DNA from: a bacterium | GTDB lineage: Bacteria; Patescibacteriota; Minisyncoccia; Phycocordibacterales; Zambryskibacteraceae | NCBI GenBank assembly: GCA_030650605.1 | Contig: JAUSDP010000100.1 | Location: 16,383 to 80,382, forward strand | DNA length: 64,000 nucleotides | Direction: 5' to 3' | In this document: positions 9,013 through 18,385 of the stretch, piece by piece | Numbering within the stretch: the stretch's first letter is position 1 | Layout of the letters: each line of letters begins with the position of its first letter | Notes under the pieces: model-generated | The model's input: only the letters and a program-made list of their open reading frames with translations | Database searches by the model: none | Told to the model about the DNA's origin: nothing | Program-made: the position numbers and the translations under genes

Positions 9013-10352
9013 CGCCGCAATTCCTTAAGCTGATTTATTTGATTCTGAATTGCATAATACCGGGCTCCAATAATATCGCTATCAACTCCTTGTTCCGCCA
9101 TCACATCCGATAGCCCTTCAATTTTGGACCCAAAAATTCGTAATGCATCGGTCACAGTCGCAAGCTCATCTGGATCCAGTTCCAATGACGCCAGCACGTC
9201 AGCCCAGTTGGTAATCTCTGTTTTGCCACGTTTCCATCTCAGTGCCCGGGCAATGCCTTCTTTATCTAGATTCATCGGGGCGAAATCAAATAATGGTGTC
9301 AGCTGCACCCGACCATTCACAATCTGGACAGCAGTATTTCTTGCATGGTTATCTGTGTTGCCCATGGCCAGATTGAGCACATCACGCTTTATGAACTCAA
9401 TGGTAGCAGCAGTTTTATCGGTGACATGCAAACGTATTGCCGCCAATAGATCATTTTGTGACGGTCTCTGATCAAAGCCAATCTGGCCAACCAACGAGGC
9501 GCCACTTTCTTGATGGCGCCGTTCTATGCCTGATTCCGTCACCAACCTATCGAAGCGCGGGATAAATAGCATATCCGCATGCCATTCGGGAAGCTCATCA
9601 ACAGCGAGCCCCAGAGCTTTCGTTGTACGCATAAATGCAGCTTCATTTTTGAGGATTTTCAAATCAGATGGGTCCCGTCCGCGCGAAAGCTTAACTAGAT
9701 AATGCTTCTTTGCGTGGGCATCAGGAATGGCACCATCAAGATAAAACAAATCATCTTTACCTAGCGTCAGCATGAATTTTGGTGCCACGCCTTGCAGGCC
9801 TGTGGTGCCGGCAGTGAGCATATTGTGACCAAAGATATTTTCAAGAAATTCATCCTTGCGCTCCAGGATGTCTTGAAGCTTGAATCCACGTTTTGTCAAC
9901 TCATCTTGACGCTCTGGATGGACCTCATAAAAACGTGCGGACTCTCTTACTCGTAACCTGCCTATTGGATTGATTGCGCCGGCACAAAGGAGCTGCCAGT
10001 CTGCTGAGGGGCCATCTTGCAGGTTGAGTTCGCCCAGGAGATATTTGCGTCCTTTGCCCTGCGGAATGAGATCAAATAGAAAAGATGGCCAGCGGTCTAA
10101 ATGTGTGGAATTCCTACTGACTGGAATGCGAAGAGATGCCGGAGAATTCTTGTAGTTGTGCACAAATTCAGAATCATAAGTTATCCGTGATGCACCGGTA
10201 CCGCCCAAGGCCGGTTTATCGATTTCGATAGTGCAGCATTCCCTCCACTGGCCATCAATATGAATTTCGAATTCGCATGTGTTCATAAACGTAGATTCAT
10301 GAATTTTGAGTTCGTGGATCAACGGAGCAGCCAACCAAAAATTAGTGTCCAT
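9009..10352 (-). CDS. hipA: HipA-family serine/threonine kinase toxin-like protein, 447 aa
   Basis: C-terminal HipA catalytic-loop signature GNTDNHARNTAV (GNxDxHxxN). The overall length and N-terminal region are consistent with full-length HipA. Confidence 0.7.
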   Translation of the reverse strand: MDTNFWLAAPLIHELKIHESTFMNTCEFEIHIDGQWRECCTIEIDKPALGGTGASRITYDSEFVHNYKNSPASLRIPVSRNSTHLDRWPSFLFDLIPQGKGRKYLLGELNLQDGPSADWQLLCAGAINPIGRLRVRESARFYEVHPERQDELTKRGFKLQDILERKDEFLENIFGHNMLTAGTTGLQGVAPKFMLTLGKDDLFYLDGAIPDAHAKKHYLVKLSRGRDPSDLKILKNEAAFMRTTKALGLAVDELPEWHADMLFIPRFDRLVTESGIERRHQESGASLVGQIGFDQRPSQNDLLAAIRLHVTDKTAATIEFIKRDVLNLAMGNTDNHARNTAVQIVNGRVQLTPLFDFAPMNLDKEGIARALRWKRGKTEITNWADVLASLELDPDELATVTDALRIFGSKIEGLSDVMAEQGVDSDIIGARYYAIQNQINQLKELRR

Positions 10353-10382
10353 TCAAATCTTCGATACACCATGAACCACATT

Positions 10383-10730
10383 TTATGTTTTGTAAGTTGC
10401 ATTGATTCCGTTGGCAGAGAGTACCAATAATATCTCAGACACATCTTTTCCCTGATCGGTATTAGGTACACTTTTCCCAAATTGTATTTTGGGATCTTGG
10501 TTTGCTTCAAGAATTACCGTGCGATTTCTCTCTGAAGTTAAATGAAGAACCAATGGGTCAGAATTTGGATCGTTGGCTTGTCTATCAACCAAATACTTTA
10601 AAGCAGAATGTACTGTTGAAATTTCAGACGTTTTCCATAATTTGATGAACACCTGTGTTTTATTGAGGCCCCTGTTCGAATCAGACAAATATTCGTATAG
10701 AGGGACATCTGGCGCCGTCGTTTTATCCAT
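10383..10730 (-). CDS. Hypothetical protein upstream of hipA-like gene (sits where HipB would be, but has no obvious HTH)
   Basis: 115-aa ORF 30 bp upstream of the HipA-like gene. No XRE-type helix-turn-helix detected. Confidence 0.35.
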   Translation of the reverse strand: MDKTTAPDVPLYEYLSDSNRGLNKTQVFIKLWKTSEISTVHSALKYLVDRQANDPNSDPLVLHLTSERNRTVILEANQDPKIQFGKSVPNTDQGKDVSEILLVLSANGINATYKT

Positions 10731-10735
10731 TATTC

Positions 10736-10936
10736 CTATCTCGGGTTGTAACCAGCTTCGACCAGTGCATTAGCGATCTTGTCGCATCCATCTCGCATTA
10801 AATATGCTTCTTCGTCATCCACTGCGTTTTGACGCCACTCCGAAAATCCGACACGCTTCAAAAATTGTGCTAGAGCTTGTGCTTCTTCGTCAGACAAAAG
10901 TGCTGTGATAGTTACCATAAGTTTTTCCTCTTTCAA
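10736..10936 (-). CDS. Small hypothetical protein, 66 aa
   Basis: Short ORF immediately upstream of and co-oriented with 10383..10730. Confidence 0.3.
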   Translation of the reverse strand: MKEEKLMVTITALLSDEEAQALAQFLKRVGFSEWRQNAVDDEEAYLMRDGCDKIANALVEAGYNPR

Positions 10937-11014
10937 TTAAATCTGCTTGCGATATTCATGGGGCATTAAGGTAGTTCATGGCTGGTTTTCTCGGCCATCA
11001 TCTACTGGGAGTAA

Positions 11015-11785
11015 TTATTGTTTAATTTTCCAGAAGACTTCAGCAACGCCTTTTGAAACACGCAATGCTACAAAGAACATTAATAAAAGAGGCCAAGTCC
11101 GGGTTCTTTGACTCCAATCTTCAGTGTCTTTTTTATCCAACATGACTGGAAGTTGAAGTACATAAGCTACTGTGTTGGCCTTCATACACCCGTAAACTCG
11201 AGTATGGCTGTAACCACTCGGCAATGCCACAGATAGGTCAATTGGAAACGGAGGGCAGGCAGCATTTAGCAGGGAAGCATCAATGATTCCATGACTCGAT
11301 AAGGCAGTGATAAGTACAGCCAATCGCCCGCATCCTTTTGCCTCTGTAGGTTGCTGCTCATTGCATTCTTCGTTTGCGGCCAATTTGAGCAGTTGAATGG
11401 CATCGTTACGGCTTTCTGACCATTGGCGTTCTATGCGCGCCCTAGATTCGTCAGCGGACACGACGAACAATTGAATAATAGCGAACACCACACCAATTGC
11501 GGATGCAGATACCCACAATAGATCGATAACTTTGAGATGAAAGGAAGTAATGCGCCTTGAAGCGATGCCCACAATCGAAGACAAGGTCACGATCGTGACA
11601 AGCATGTTTGTTGCAGCCCATTTACTTACTTGCATTACAGGGGCATCAATTCCAGGAAGACGCATGAAGCAGTAATACATTCCCGCAAGACCAATAAATG
11701 CTCCAAAGTAAGCCAGCTTTATTCTTGACGGCAATATTGACCACTGTGTAAACGATCTCTTAGCGAATTGAATTCCGTTGGCCAA
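11015..11785 (-). CDS. Integral membrane protein, 256 aa
   Basis: Several hydrophobic helices (e.g. LAYFGAFIGLAGMYYCF, NMLVTIVTLSSIVGIA, LLWVSASAIGVVFAIIQLFVV). Confidence 0.45.
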   Translation of the reverse strand: MANGIQFAKRSFTQWSILPSRIKLAYFGAFIGLAGMYYCFMRLPGIDAPVMQVSKWAATNMLVTIVTLSSIVGIASRRITSFHLKVIDLLWVSASAIGVVFAIIQLFVVSADESRARIERQWSESRNDAIQLLKLAANEECNEQQPTEAKGCGRLAVLITALSSHGIIDASLLNAACPPFPIDLSVALPSGYSHTRVYGCMKANTVAYVLQLPVMLDKKDTEDWSQRTRTWPLLLMFFVALRVSKGVAEVFWKIKQ

Positions 11786-11880
11786 CTTGGACTCCTTTGA
11801 TTTATTAAGTTACGAAAATAATTTCGCTGAGCTGAAATGTTAATCGCATTTAGAACTCTTGCGTAAGGGATTCTGAAATT

Positions 11881-14800
11881 CTACATTTCGCGACCGTAAT
11901 ACTTTTCCTTTTCTCTCTCTCTTACTGGCTCAATTTTTACGACTTCAATCTCTTTGATTTTTGTCTTCTCTACTTCTGGTTCCGCTAAATTGATTGCAAA
12001 TTCTTTGAGTGCTTCCTTATTATTTTTTGTTGCCCACAGCGTGTCCTGGAGAGCTTGTAGACCACCCTTTTCATTCGTAATCCTGATGTCCAAATTGTTT
12101 TCAACTATCAATTCGATTACCTGCTTTTTAAATTTAGGCGAGCCCATTAGGCCGATTTCGGGACCAATAGTTTCTCGGGCAGACTTCAATTGCTCAAGCA
12201 AGGAAGGTGGTTTAGAAAATTGTCCCGTTATAAGATCCTTTTCAGGCCGAATATATTCACATCGAGTTTTAGAATTCCATGCATCATTTCCATTTACAAA
12301 TGCGGACTTTAAAAGAATCGGTTTCTCGTCATTTAATCTTTTCGCTAGCTCTTCTTTTGTGGGTTCAATCGCTCGATCGTGCACAAGTTTTACGCCGACT
12401 TCCAAAAACGTTTTTTCTACATCTTCAACATTGCGAGCGTCAGTAAATAGCACAACAGATCGCGGCCCCATTACTGATCGCGTGGAGTTTGTGTATATCG
12501 AGTTGTAATCGCCCCGGTCCTTTCTTGGGACGTACATTAGAACTTGAGCGCGGTTGCTTATTGTGGGATCCTCTTTAGTCCCATCGGGATTACTAAAAAT
12601 TTTTGTTGAAGCTGTCCCGCCCTGGCTTGAGTGACCAGTTGCACTGTAGCCCCATCGAATAGAAAGTCCTCTACCTTGGTCGGGCAAAGGTACTTTGATA
12701 ATTTTACTTGTGCTCACAATTTTTACGGTAGCAATTCGCTTTTCAAAATCAATATTTTCAACGATTCCTCTATCGCCATTAAGTATTCCTAATTTTTCAT
12801 TTGCCGCAGTAAAACGAATGCGTTCACCAGGACAAATCTTAATGCGTTCCTCAACGCCCAGCGAGACACCAGCGCTTTGCGTCATCGGAGAATAGTCGTA
12901 TTCGACAGTTTTAGGGTTGAGTCCATTTTTATCAGTAATTGTGCGTGCAAGCTTAACGATGGATCCTTCTACGCGTAAAACTTCGCACGCTTCACCTTTT
13001 TGGAATGGTGAATGTGGAGAATTCATATTAAAAAATACAGTGCTGCCTGACTCGTATTGCGCAGGATTCCGCAAGTCTTGAGTCGTCAGATTTCCGAACC
13101 GTTCAAATGAATTGATTTCTAATCCACGAGTTTTTTCGATTCCAATTTTTTCACGGATGGCGATATTTAACAGTCTCCGATCTTCATTTGTTTTCGTGAT
13201 GCAGAAAGTGTTATCTCGTGCTGCTTCAGTGAGTTCGTTGTAATACGTTGCCATTTCTTTTAAGCATTCGTCTTCTGTGTTCCTCACCACAATTCGATTT
13301 TTCTCACTCATATAAACCAGTCCTTCTGCCGGACTTTTAAAGCATAAACTATGAATTTTAATTGTCTCCTGATCTTTTCCCCGTTGCATTTCGGTGAGCT
13401 CTTTAAATGCATTTTCTGATGGATTGCCTCTTATAAAATCCGAAACATGTTTTAACGGTGCTCCGGCGCCCACGGAGTGATACTGATCATAATCTCCTGA
13501 AAGAATTATTCGACACTGGTGCTCGTTTGCTTTTTCTAAAAGTTCCAACATAGATCGAGCATCAACTAAACCTGCCTCATCAATAATTACAATCGAACCC
13601 TTTTGGATATTCTCTTCCCACCATTTTTCACTGAGCGCAGCCTTTTGGGTGGTTATTACATGAGGAAAATATGTATCCATCCCTGATCCATTAGTTTTCT
13701 CCCTAAGATACACAGAGTCAGCAAGTGCTTCCTTGGCTTTCCCAGACGGTGCCTGGCCAAACACGCGAACCCGAGAGGCCTCTGCGCAGCGCTGTAAAAG
13801 ATCCATCGATGTGCTCTTGCCAGTGCCAGCGCGACCAAGAACAACTGAAATCCCAGAGGTAGTAGTGAGCGCCATGTAGGTAGCTTCCTTCTGCCCCTTA
13901 CTAAGTTTGAAACCTTTTTCTGCTTCATATTGCAACACAATGGCATCAAACAATGCCCGGTCGCAAACCGGTTTAAAACGAGCGAAATTTTCTTTTACTA
14001 GTCTCTCAATTTTTTGTTCGCACTCGACCAGCTCGCGAGTAGTGAGTGAGCGACCATCGTTTTGCATAATGAGTTCACCTGAGAGTATTTTCTCCTCAAT
14101 TTTTTGTTGGAGAATCTCTGGCTCCAGTTGATAGAGTCCTTCTTTCAACATTTGTGTAAGCAGGGCTTCTTTGCTGCGTATCGTCGAAATTCTCTCAGTG
14201 AGACCTTGAGAAGCCATTTGATAGGCCAGCTCGGGCGTTCGCTTCTCCAACCTATGTGCTCGCCCATATTCTTGTGCGAGCTCAACTCGTTTTCGAAGAT
14301 CCTCTATAAAGACTGGATGGAGTTCTTTGTTCAGCGGATTCTCAGCCTTATATTTCCACCATGCTTGAGCGGCCGCCAATCCCGTGGCGGCATCATTAAT
14401 TGGATCGTCAAACGCACTGAAATCGAAAGAATCTTTGCCGCCGCGAGAGGCAGCATTTGCGGTATCTCGATCATGCTTGCTATTTATATCGAGATAGATA
14501 CCGTGCTTAGGATGAGATGGGTCTTCTCGTAATTTGTTCTGGGAAGAGATCCATTCTGGAATTCTCAGAGAGGAGCCGTCCGCGAAGACTTCGATGTCGT
14601 TCCTGGAGAAACCAGATAATTCATAGCCGTCCTTGGTATCATAAAATACGTAACCTTTATCTTCCAGAAAGAGACGTTCGGCTGTTTTTCCGATTGCATC
14701 AAGCAAGTGCTGGTTTTCATAAACTTTACCGAATGCGATGGCCCTTAAACTGCCAGCGCAATCTACAGTGTGCGTAGCTCTAGTGGAGTGAGAATGAATT

Positions 14801-15603
14801 TGTGGATCCAAGCCTCCATCGCCCTTTTCGTTTGGCCTGGATACAGTGTGCATGCACTGCACCCACATCATATTGTCGCCTTTGACCATCCATACATCTT
14901 TTTTGGGATCCACCAATTTAAGTACAGGAACATCAACTCCTGCTTCCTGGCATGCTTTGATTTCAGTGCCTGTCATTCTGTACTCAAGCAAGTATTTCTC
15001 TGTGAATTCAGCTATAGCGGTATCGCCGGCAAGGTGGCCTTTCAAGAAGTTTTCATCGTCAAACACGAGACCTTGCACTGACAAAGACTTTGAATTCGCC
15101 CAATTTCCTTCGAAGCCAATCGTAGAATTTCGTGTTTTTTTAGCGTTTTCTTTGAACGCATTGAGGTCCTTTTTTTGTGCATCTGTGAACGATTTTAGTG
15201 CTTTCTTTTGCTGGCTTTTGAACTCAGTTTTATCGATATTGGAGAGATTTTGATTTCGCAAAAAGCGATCTTTTGTTTTCTCTTGGGCGTTCACAAACTC
15301 TGCTTTTGCTAACTTATGTATGAGCTTCTGTTTCGCCAGGTCTTCATTGGGGCCTCTTTTATAGTCGCGCCTGGTAACTTGCAGCTCCGGTGAATCACCG
15401 AATTTTCCATCGAGAATTTCTGAAAAACGCTCTTCTGAATACTTTGCAAAGCGATCTCCTCCAAGTTTTTCAAGCATTTTTCCTTTAAATTGGTTGGCAT
15501 AATCAGCATGATCTCCTTCCCGATATTTCTGTTGATAGTTATCTGATTTCCTATAACTAGCTATTTGACTCGAGTTGCCAGCAAGTGCATTTTCTGTGTA
15601 CAT
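11881..15603 (-). CDS. traI: MOBF-family conjugative relaxase-helicase (TrwC/TraI-like), 1240 aa
   Basis: N-terminal Tyr-rich relaxase motif I (SYRKSDNYQQKYREGDHADYANQFKGK...LG, matching the TrwC YY...WxG pattern). 3-His motif III (LDPQIHSHSTRATH). Internal Walker A (VVLGRAGTGKST) of the TraI/RecD-like helicase domain. A K-rich insertion separates motif I from motif III. Confidence 0.85.
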   Translation of the reverse strand: MYTENALAGNSSQIASYRKSDNYQQKYREGDHADYANQFKGKMLEKLGGDRFAKYSEERFSEILDGKFGDSPELQVTRRDYKRGPNEDLAKQKLIHKLAKAEFVNAQEKTKDRFLRNQNLSNIDKTEFKSQQKKALKSFTDAQKKDLNAFKENAKKTRNSTIGFEGNWANSKSLSVQGLVFDDENFLKGHLAGDTAIAEFTEKYLLEYRMTGTEIKACQEAGVDVPVLKLVDPKKDVWMVKGDNMMWVQCMHTVSRPNEKGDGGLDPQIHSHSTRATHTVDCAGSLRAIAFGKVYENQHLLDAIGKTAERLFLEDKGYVFYDTKDGYELSGFSRNDIEVFADGSSLRIPEWISSQNKLREDPSHPKHGIYLDINSKHDRDTANAASRGGKDSFDFSAFDDPINDAATGLAAAQAWWKYKAENPLNKELHPVFIEDLRKRVELAQEYGRAHRLEKRTPELAYQMASQGLTERISTIRSKEALLTQMLKEGLYQLEPEILQQKIEEKILSGELIMQNDGRSLTTRELVECEQKIERLVKENFARFKPVCDRALFDAIVLQYEAEKGFKLSKGQKEATYMALTTTSGISVVLGRAGTGKSTSMDLLQRCAEASRVRVFGQAPSGKAKEALADSVYLREKTNGSGMDTYFPHVITTQKAALSEKWWEENIQKGSIVIIDEAGLVDARSMLELLEKANEHQCRIILSGDYDQYHSVGAGAPLKHVSDFIRGNPSENAFKELTEMQRGKDQETIKIHSLCFKSPAEGLVYMSEKNRIVVRNTEDECLKEMATYYNELTEAARDNTFCITKTNEDRRLLNIAIREKIGIEKTRGLEINSFERFGNLTTQDLRNPAQYESGSTVFFNMNSPHSPFQKGEACEVLRVEGSIVKLARTITDKNGLNPKTVEYDYSPMTQSAGVSLGVEERIKICPGERIRFTAANEKLGILNGDRGIVENIDFEKRIATVKIVSTSKIIKVPLPDQGRGLSIRWGYSATGHSSQGGTASTKIFSNPDGTKEDPTISNRAQVLMYVPRKDRGDYNSIYTNSTRSVMGPRSVVLFTDARNVEDVEKTFLEVGVKLVHDRAIEPTKEELAKRLNDEKPILLKSAFVNGNDAWNSKTRCEYIRPEKDLITGQFSKPPSLLEQLKSARETIGPEIGLMGSPKFKKQVIELIVENNLDIRITNEKGGLQALQDTLWATKNNKEALKEFAINLAEPEVEKTKIKEIEVVKIEPVREREKEKYYGREM

Positions 15604-15655
15604 ATATATTATCCTAATTATTTTATAGCTTAAAAGCAGTAAAAAATTGACGTGA

Positions 15656-16048
15656 TTACTCTGCGTATCCGGATTCCAAAAGCAATTTTTCCAGCCGACC
15701 TACTGTGCCTTCTATTGAATTCAGACGATTTGCGAGAAGCCTTAATGTCCGATTGACCTCTCCAGTCGAGAGTTCATTAGCAACCACGATTAGCTTATCT
15801 TGCAGCTCCAATCTACTTTGTTGATTCAAATAGTCGTCTAGCATTAATGATAAAACTCGTGATGAGGCGATCCCACGAACCTCTGCTAACTGTTCAATTC
15901 TTTGCTGTTGTGGGCCCGATAATCGAACTGAAACCACCTTGCTTTCGGCGGCTCCAGTGCCTGAATTTGATCGCGTTTTCGATCTCGATACGGGCTGGGT
16001 TGGAATGGTTTCGTTTTTGGCTTGGTTTTGAGTATTCATTTTAGTCAT
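15656..16048 (-). CDS. Relaxosome accessory protein (MobC/TraJ-like ribbon-helix-helix)
   Basis: 130-aa basic protein directly upstream of the relaxase. VSVRLSGPQQQRIEQLAEVRG is RHH-like. The position is typical of nicking accessory proteins. Confidence 0.5.
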   Translation of the reverse strand: MTKMNTQNQAKNETIPTQPVSRSKTRSNSGTGAAESKVVSVRLSGPQQQRIEQLAEVRGIASSRVLSLMLDDYLNQQSRLELQDKLIVVANELSTGEVNRTLRLLANRLNSIEGTVGRLEKLLLESGYAE

Positions 16049-16189
16049 CTAAAATATTTGTTATATTTACTAAGTATTCGATTTTATTGCAATCATTCAT
16101 GTTTACAATATATTTTTTATGATTACATAGTAGTCTTTACGTTTCCGAATTGCAAGTCGCCCTACAATTCTTTTGAATTTTGGGATGCC

Positions 16190-16540
16190 TTTGACACACC
16201 GATTCCCCTATGAGGGGAAGGCATCGCGAAGCGATGCAGGTGTGTTTTACTTTAGGAGAAATTACGTAGTAATTTTGAACGGTTCTAATTATGCTCTTGA
16301 CGTTATGTTTTCATGATGATTCTCTCTATGAGAATCATCATTTTTGTGTGCTTTTGAATTCCTTTGATATGAGGTTGCTTTTGATTTTTATGGAGACTTG
16401 AATATTTTGAGAGGGTGTTACTGAAGGTGTCAGGCTAGGTGTTATCTAAGGAGTTATTGGGGTGTCATTCGGGAGTTACTCAGGTGTCATCGAGGGGTTA
16501 GCTGGGTGTTATTAGTGGTGTCACAGGGGTGTTACTCCGA
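16190..16540. promoter_or_regulatory. Candidate origin of transfer (oriT): nested palindromes plus about 11 helically phased GGTGTYA repeats
   Basis: At 16194..16245 there are two adjacent perfect hairpins (ttcccctatgaggggaa and gcatcgcgaagcgatgc) enclosed by acacacc/ggtgtgt arms. At 16413..16537 there are about 11 direct repeats of GGTGTTA/GGTGTCA/GGAGTTA with 11-12-bp periodicity. The region lies between the RHH accessory gene and the divergent + strand operon. Confidence 0.5.
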
Positions 16541-16603
16541 ATCCACACAAAATATTTCTTGCATAAACTCTTTAAACGGATACACTATAACCATTAATAT
16601 TTA

Positions 16604-16879
16604 GTGACACAAAAAAAGCACTTTATGAATCCAGAATCAAATCCAATTTCGATCGACGACTTCCTCGAGAAACTGAAAACTCGTGGCCAACGTCGTCGCC
16701 AATACAAATTGGATCCTCTGATCAAAGAAGTGGATTCGATTTTGAAAGCCGGCCATGGCGCCCTGGATGTTCATGAGTTCGCATTGGAGAGTGGTCTCGC
16801 AATAAGCAAAAGCACAGCATACAAATATGTTGCCAAAAGAAAACAAGTGACGTCGCCGAAAAAGGGATCGCCAAAATGA
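16604..16879 (+). CDS. Small basic hypothetical protein, 91 aa (possible DNA-binding)
   Basis: ORF divergent from the relaxase operon and next to the candidate oriT. Lys/Arg-rich. Confidence 0.35.
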   Translation: MTQKKHFMNPESNPISIDDFLEKLKTRGQRRRQYKLDPLIKEVDSILKAGHGALDVHEFALESGLAISKSTAYKYVAKRKQVTSPKKGSPK

Positions 16880-17406
16880 CGCCAAAAACAATTCATGAAA
16901 TCTTGCTTGATCGGCAGCGCCGAAATAAAGAAGCCAATACTAAGAAATCAAAGTTTTGGCCACATGCAAAAGAAATTTTAATGATTCTGAATGGAGATCC
17001 TGAAAGTGGTTTGCCACCAGGCTTATGGTCTGACGTATTGCAATATTTACAAGGACGTCTTATTGATCCTGGGACCGGAACTCTTGAAGAAGTATCCACT
17101 GCAAAGCATCGCAGCTTACTTTTAAAATTCGTACGGACTCATATCAAAGCACTCGACGAAAAATTTGGAACAACGGATGCTCAAAAAGCAAATCGGGTTG
17201 TTGACTTAAAAATGCCGGCATCCAAAAAAATAAGCAGCCTGGTACCAGAATCAAAGTCCACAAGAAGTTCCGGTACCGGAATTGCAGTTCCCAATATTTT
17301 AGTTACCGAAAATGAAAAGTCCAAAAATTCAAACCCAACACGCGAGGAAACCCTGGCAATAATTAATAGTGAGCGAGACCGAAGAAAAAAGGAATTGGGA
17401 TTTTAA
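16876..17406 (+). CDS. Hypothetical protein, 176 aa
   Basis: 4-nt overlap with the upstream ORF. No domain recognised. Confidence 0.35.
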   Translation: MTPKTIHEILLDRQRRNKEANTKKSKFWPHAKEILMILNGDPESGLPPGLWSDVLQYLQGRLIDPGTGTLEEVSTAKHRSLLLKFVRTHIKALDEKFGTTDAQKANRVVDLKMPASKKISSLVPESKSTRSSGTGIAVPNILVTENEKSKNSNPTREETLAIINSERDRRKKELGF

Positions 17407-17494
17407 TAAAATATTTTAAATTTAAATGCTTTTTCTTAACTGATACAATATAATCTTATATACACATATCAAAACCAACAACTTGGAGCATCAA

Positions 17495-18385
17495 ATGAGC
17501 AAGAAAAATACGGTAGCAAATGAAGCAATTGAAACAATTGAAATGAACGCAGTTTTGCGTAAGCCTGTTTTACGTGTCCTGGTCACATCTGGATCCGATA
17601 CTCGTCAAACCAAGACATCCACTGCGACACACGGCATCAAGCCCTTCCTCGAGAATTATTATGACGAAGTCGATCTCTGGGGTGTTGAGCTCGAAGCTCA
17701 CGCACGCGGCGTAGAGAGTCGTCTTTACTTGCCCTCCGACATCGAAATGTTAGCAAAAGATCTTACCTACGCTCGCCCAACTGTGCCTGGTGGTCGCCGA
17801 GCCCTGATAGTTGATTTGGGTGGCGATCTTTTCCGCGACTTGATGTCCGAAATGGAGGCGATTGATGGCGGCGGATTAAAATTCGATGTTGTCATATATC
17901 CGATCACGACGACAGCTGACGTACGTAAATTCGAGACCATGTTGCTCTCTCTAATAGATGCCGGCATTGAACTGTCCACAGTTCACGTGGTTTTCAATTT
18001 AATCAAAAAAGATGATGCTAAAAGTGGTTTCCAAGGAATTACAAAAAAATTCCAGGCTCTAGGAAACATTGCAGCGCTAGGACGCAAAATGGGCGTGAAC
18101 GTCTCAGAAGCTTTTATTCAAGAAAACGGTTTGCAAAGTCAGCTTACACAACTCGAGATGGAAGCCGATGAAAGTGGATCTCTGCAACTTAAGTATCCCG
18201 AACTTTCGTCAATGCATCGACTAGCGAATTCTGAGATCGATTATGAAGCGCTGGCAAATAAGGCTTTGGACGAAGACGACACAGAAACTTTTGATCGCAT
18301 GTCCAAAATGGCATATTGGAAAAAGACTGCGATCATCGCGTCTAAGCAGTACGCGCTCGCAATGCAAAAAGTCTTCGAGGGTTGA
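17495..18385 (+). CDS. Hypothetical protein, about 296 aa
   Basis: The ATG at 17495 is in frame with the longer ORF from 17483. It is the first gene of a translationally coupled series (the stop overlaps the next start). Confidence 0.4.
   Translation: MSKKNTVANEAIETIEMNAVLRKPVLRVLVTSGSDTRQTKTSTATHGIKPFLENYYDEVDLWGVELEAHARGVESRLYLPSDIEMLAKDLTYARPTVPGGRRALIVDLGGDLFRDLMSEMEAIDGGGLKFDVVIYPITTTADVRKFETMLLSLIDAGIELSTVHVVFNLIKKDDAKSGFQGITKKFQALGNIAALGRKMGVNVSEAFIQENGLQSQLTQLEMEADESGSLQLKYPELSSMHRLANSEIDYEALANKALDEDDTETFDRMSKMAYWKKTAIIASKQYALAMQKVFEG

Noticed and set aside
9124-9471. 115-aa + strand ORF inside the hipA-like gene
   Set aside because: It is antisense to the HipA-like CDS. It has a Ser-rich, low-complexity translation.
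11954-15253. Several + strand ORFs of 60-180 aa inside the relaxase gene (e.g. 11954..12508, 14104..14532, 14846..15253)
   Set aside because: These are shadow ORFs antisense to a 1240-aa gene with strong relaxase/helicase motifs. They have low-complexity, Ser/Phe-rich translations and no start context.
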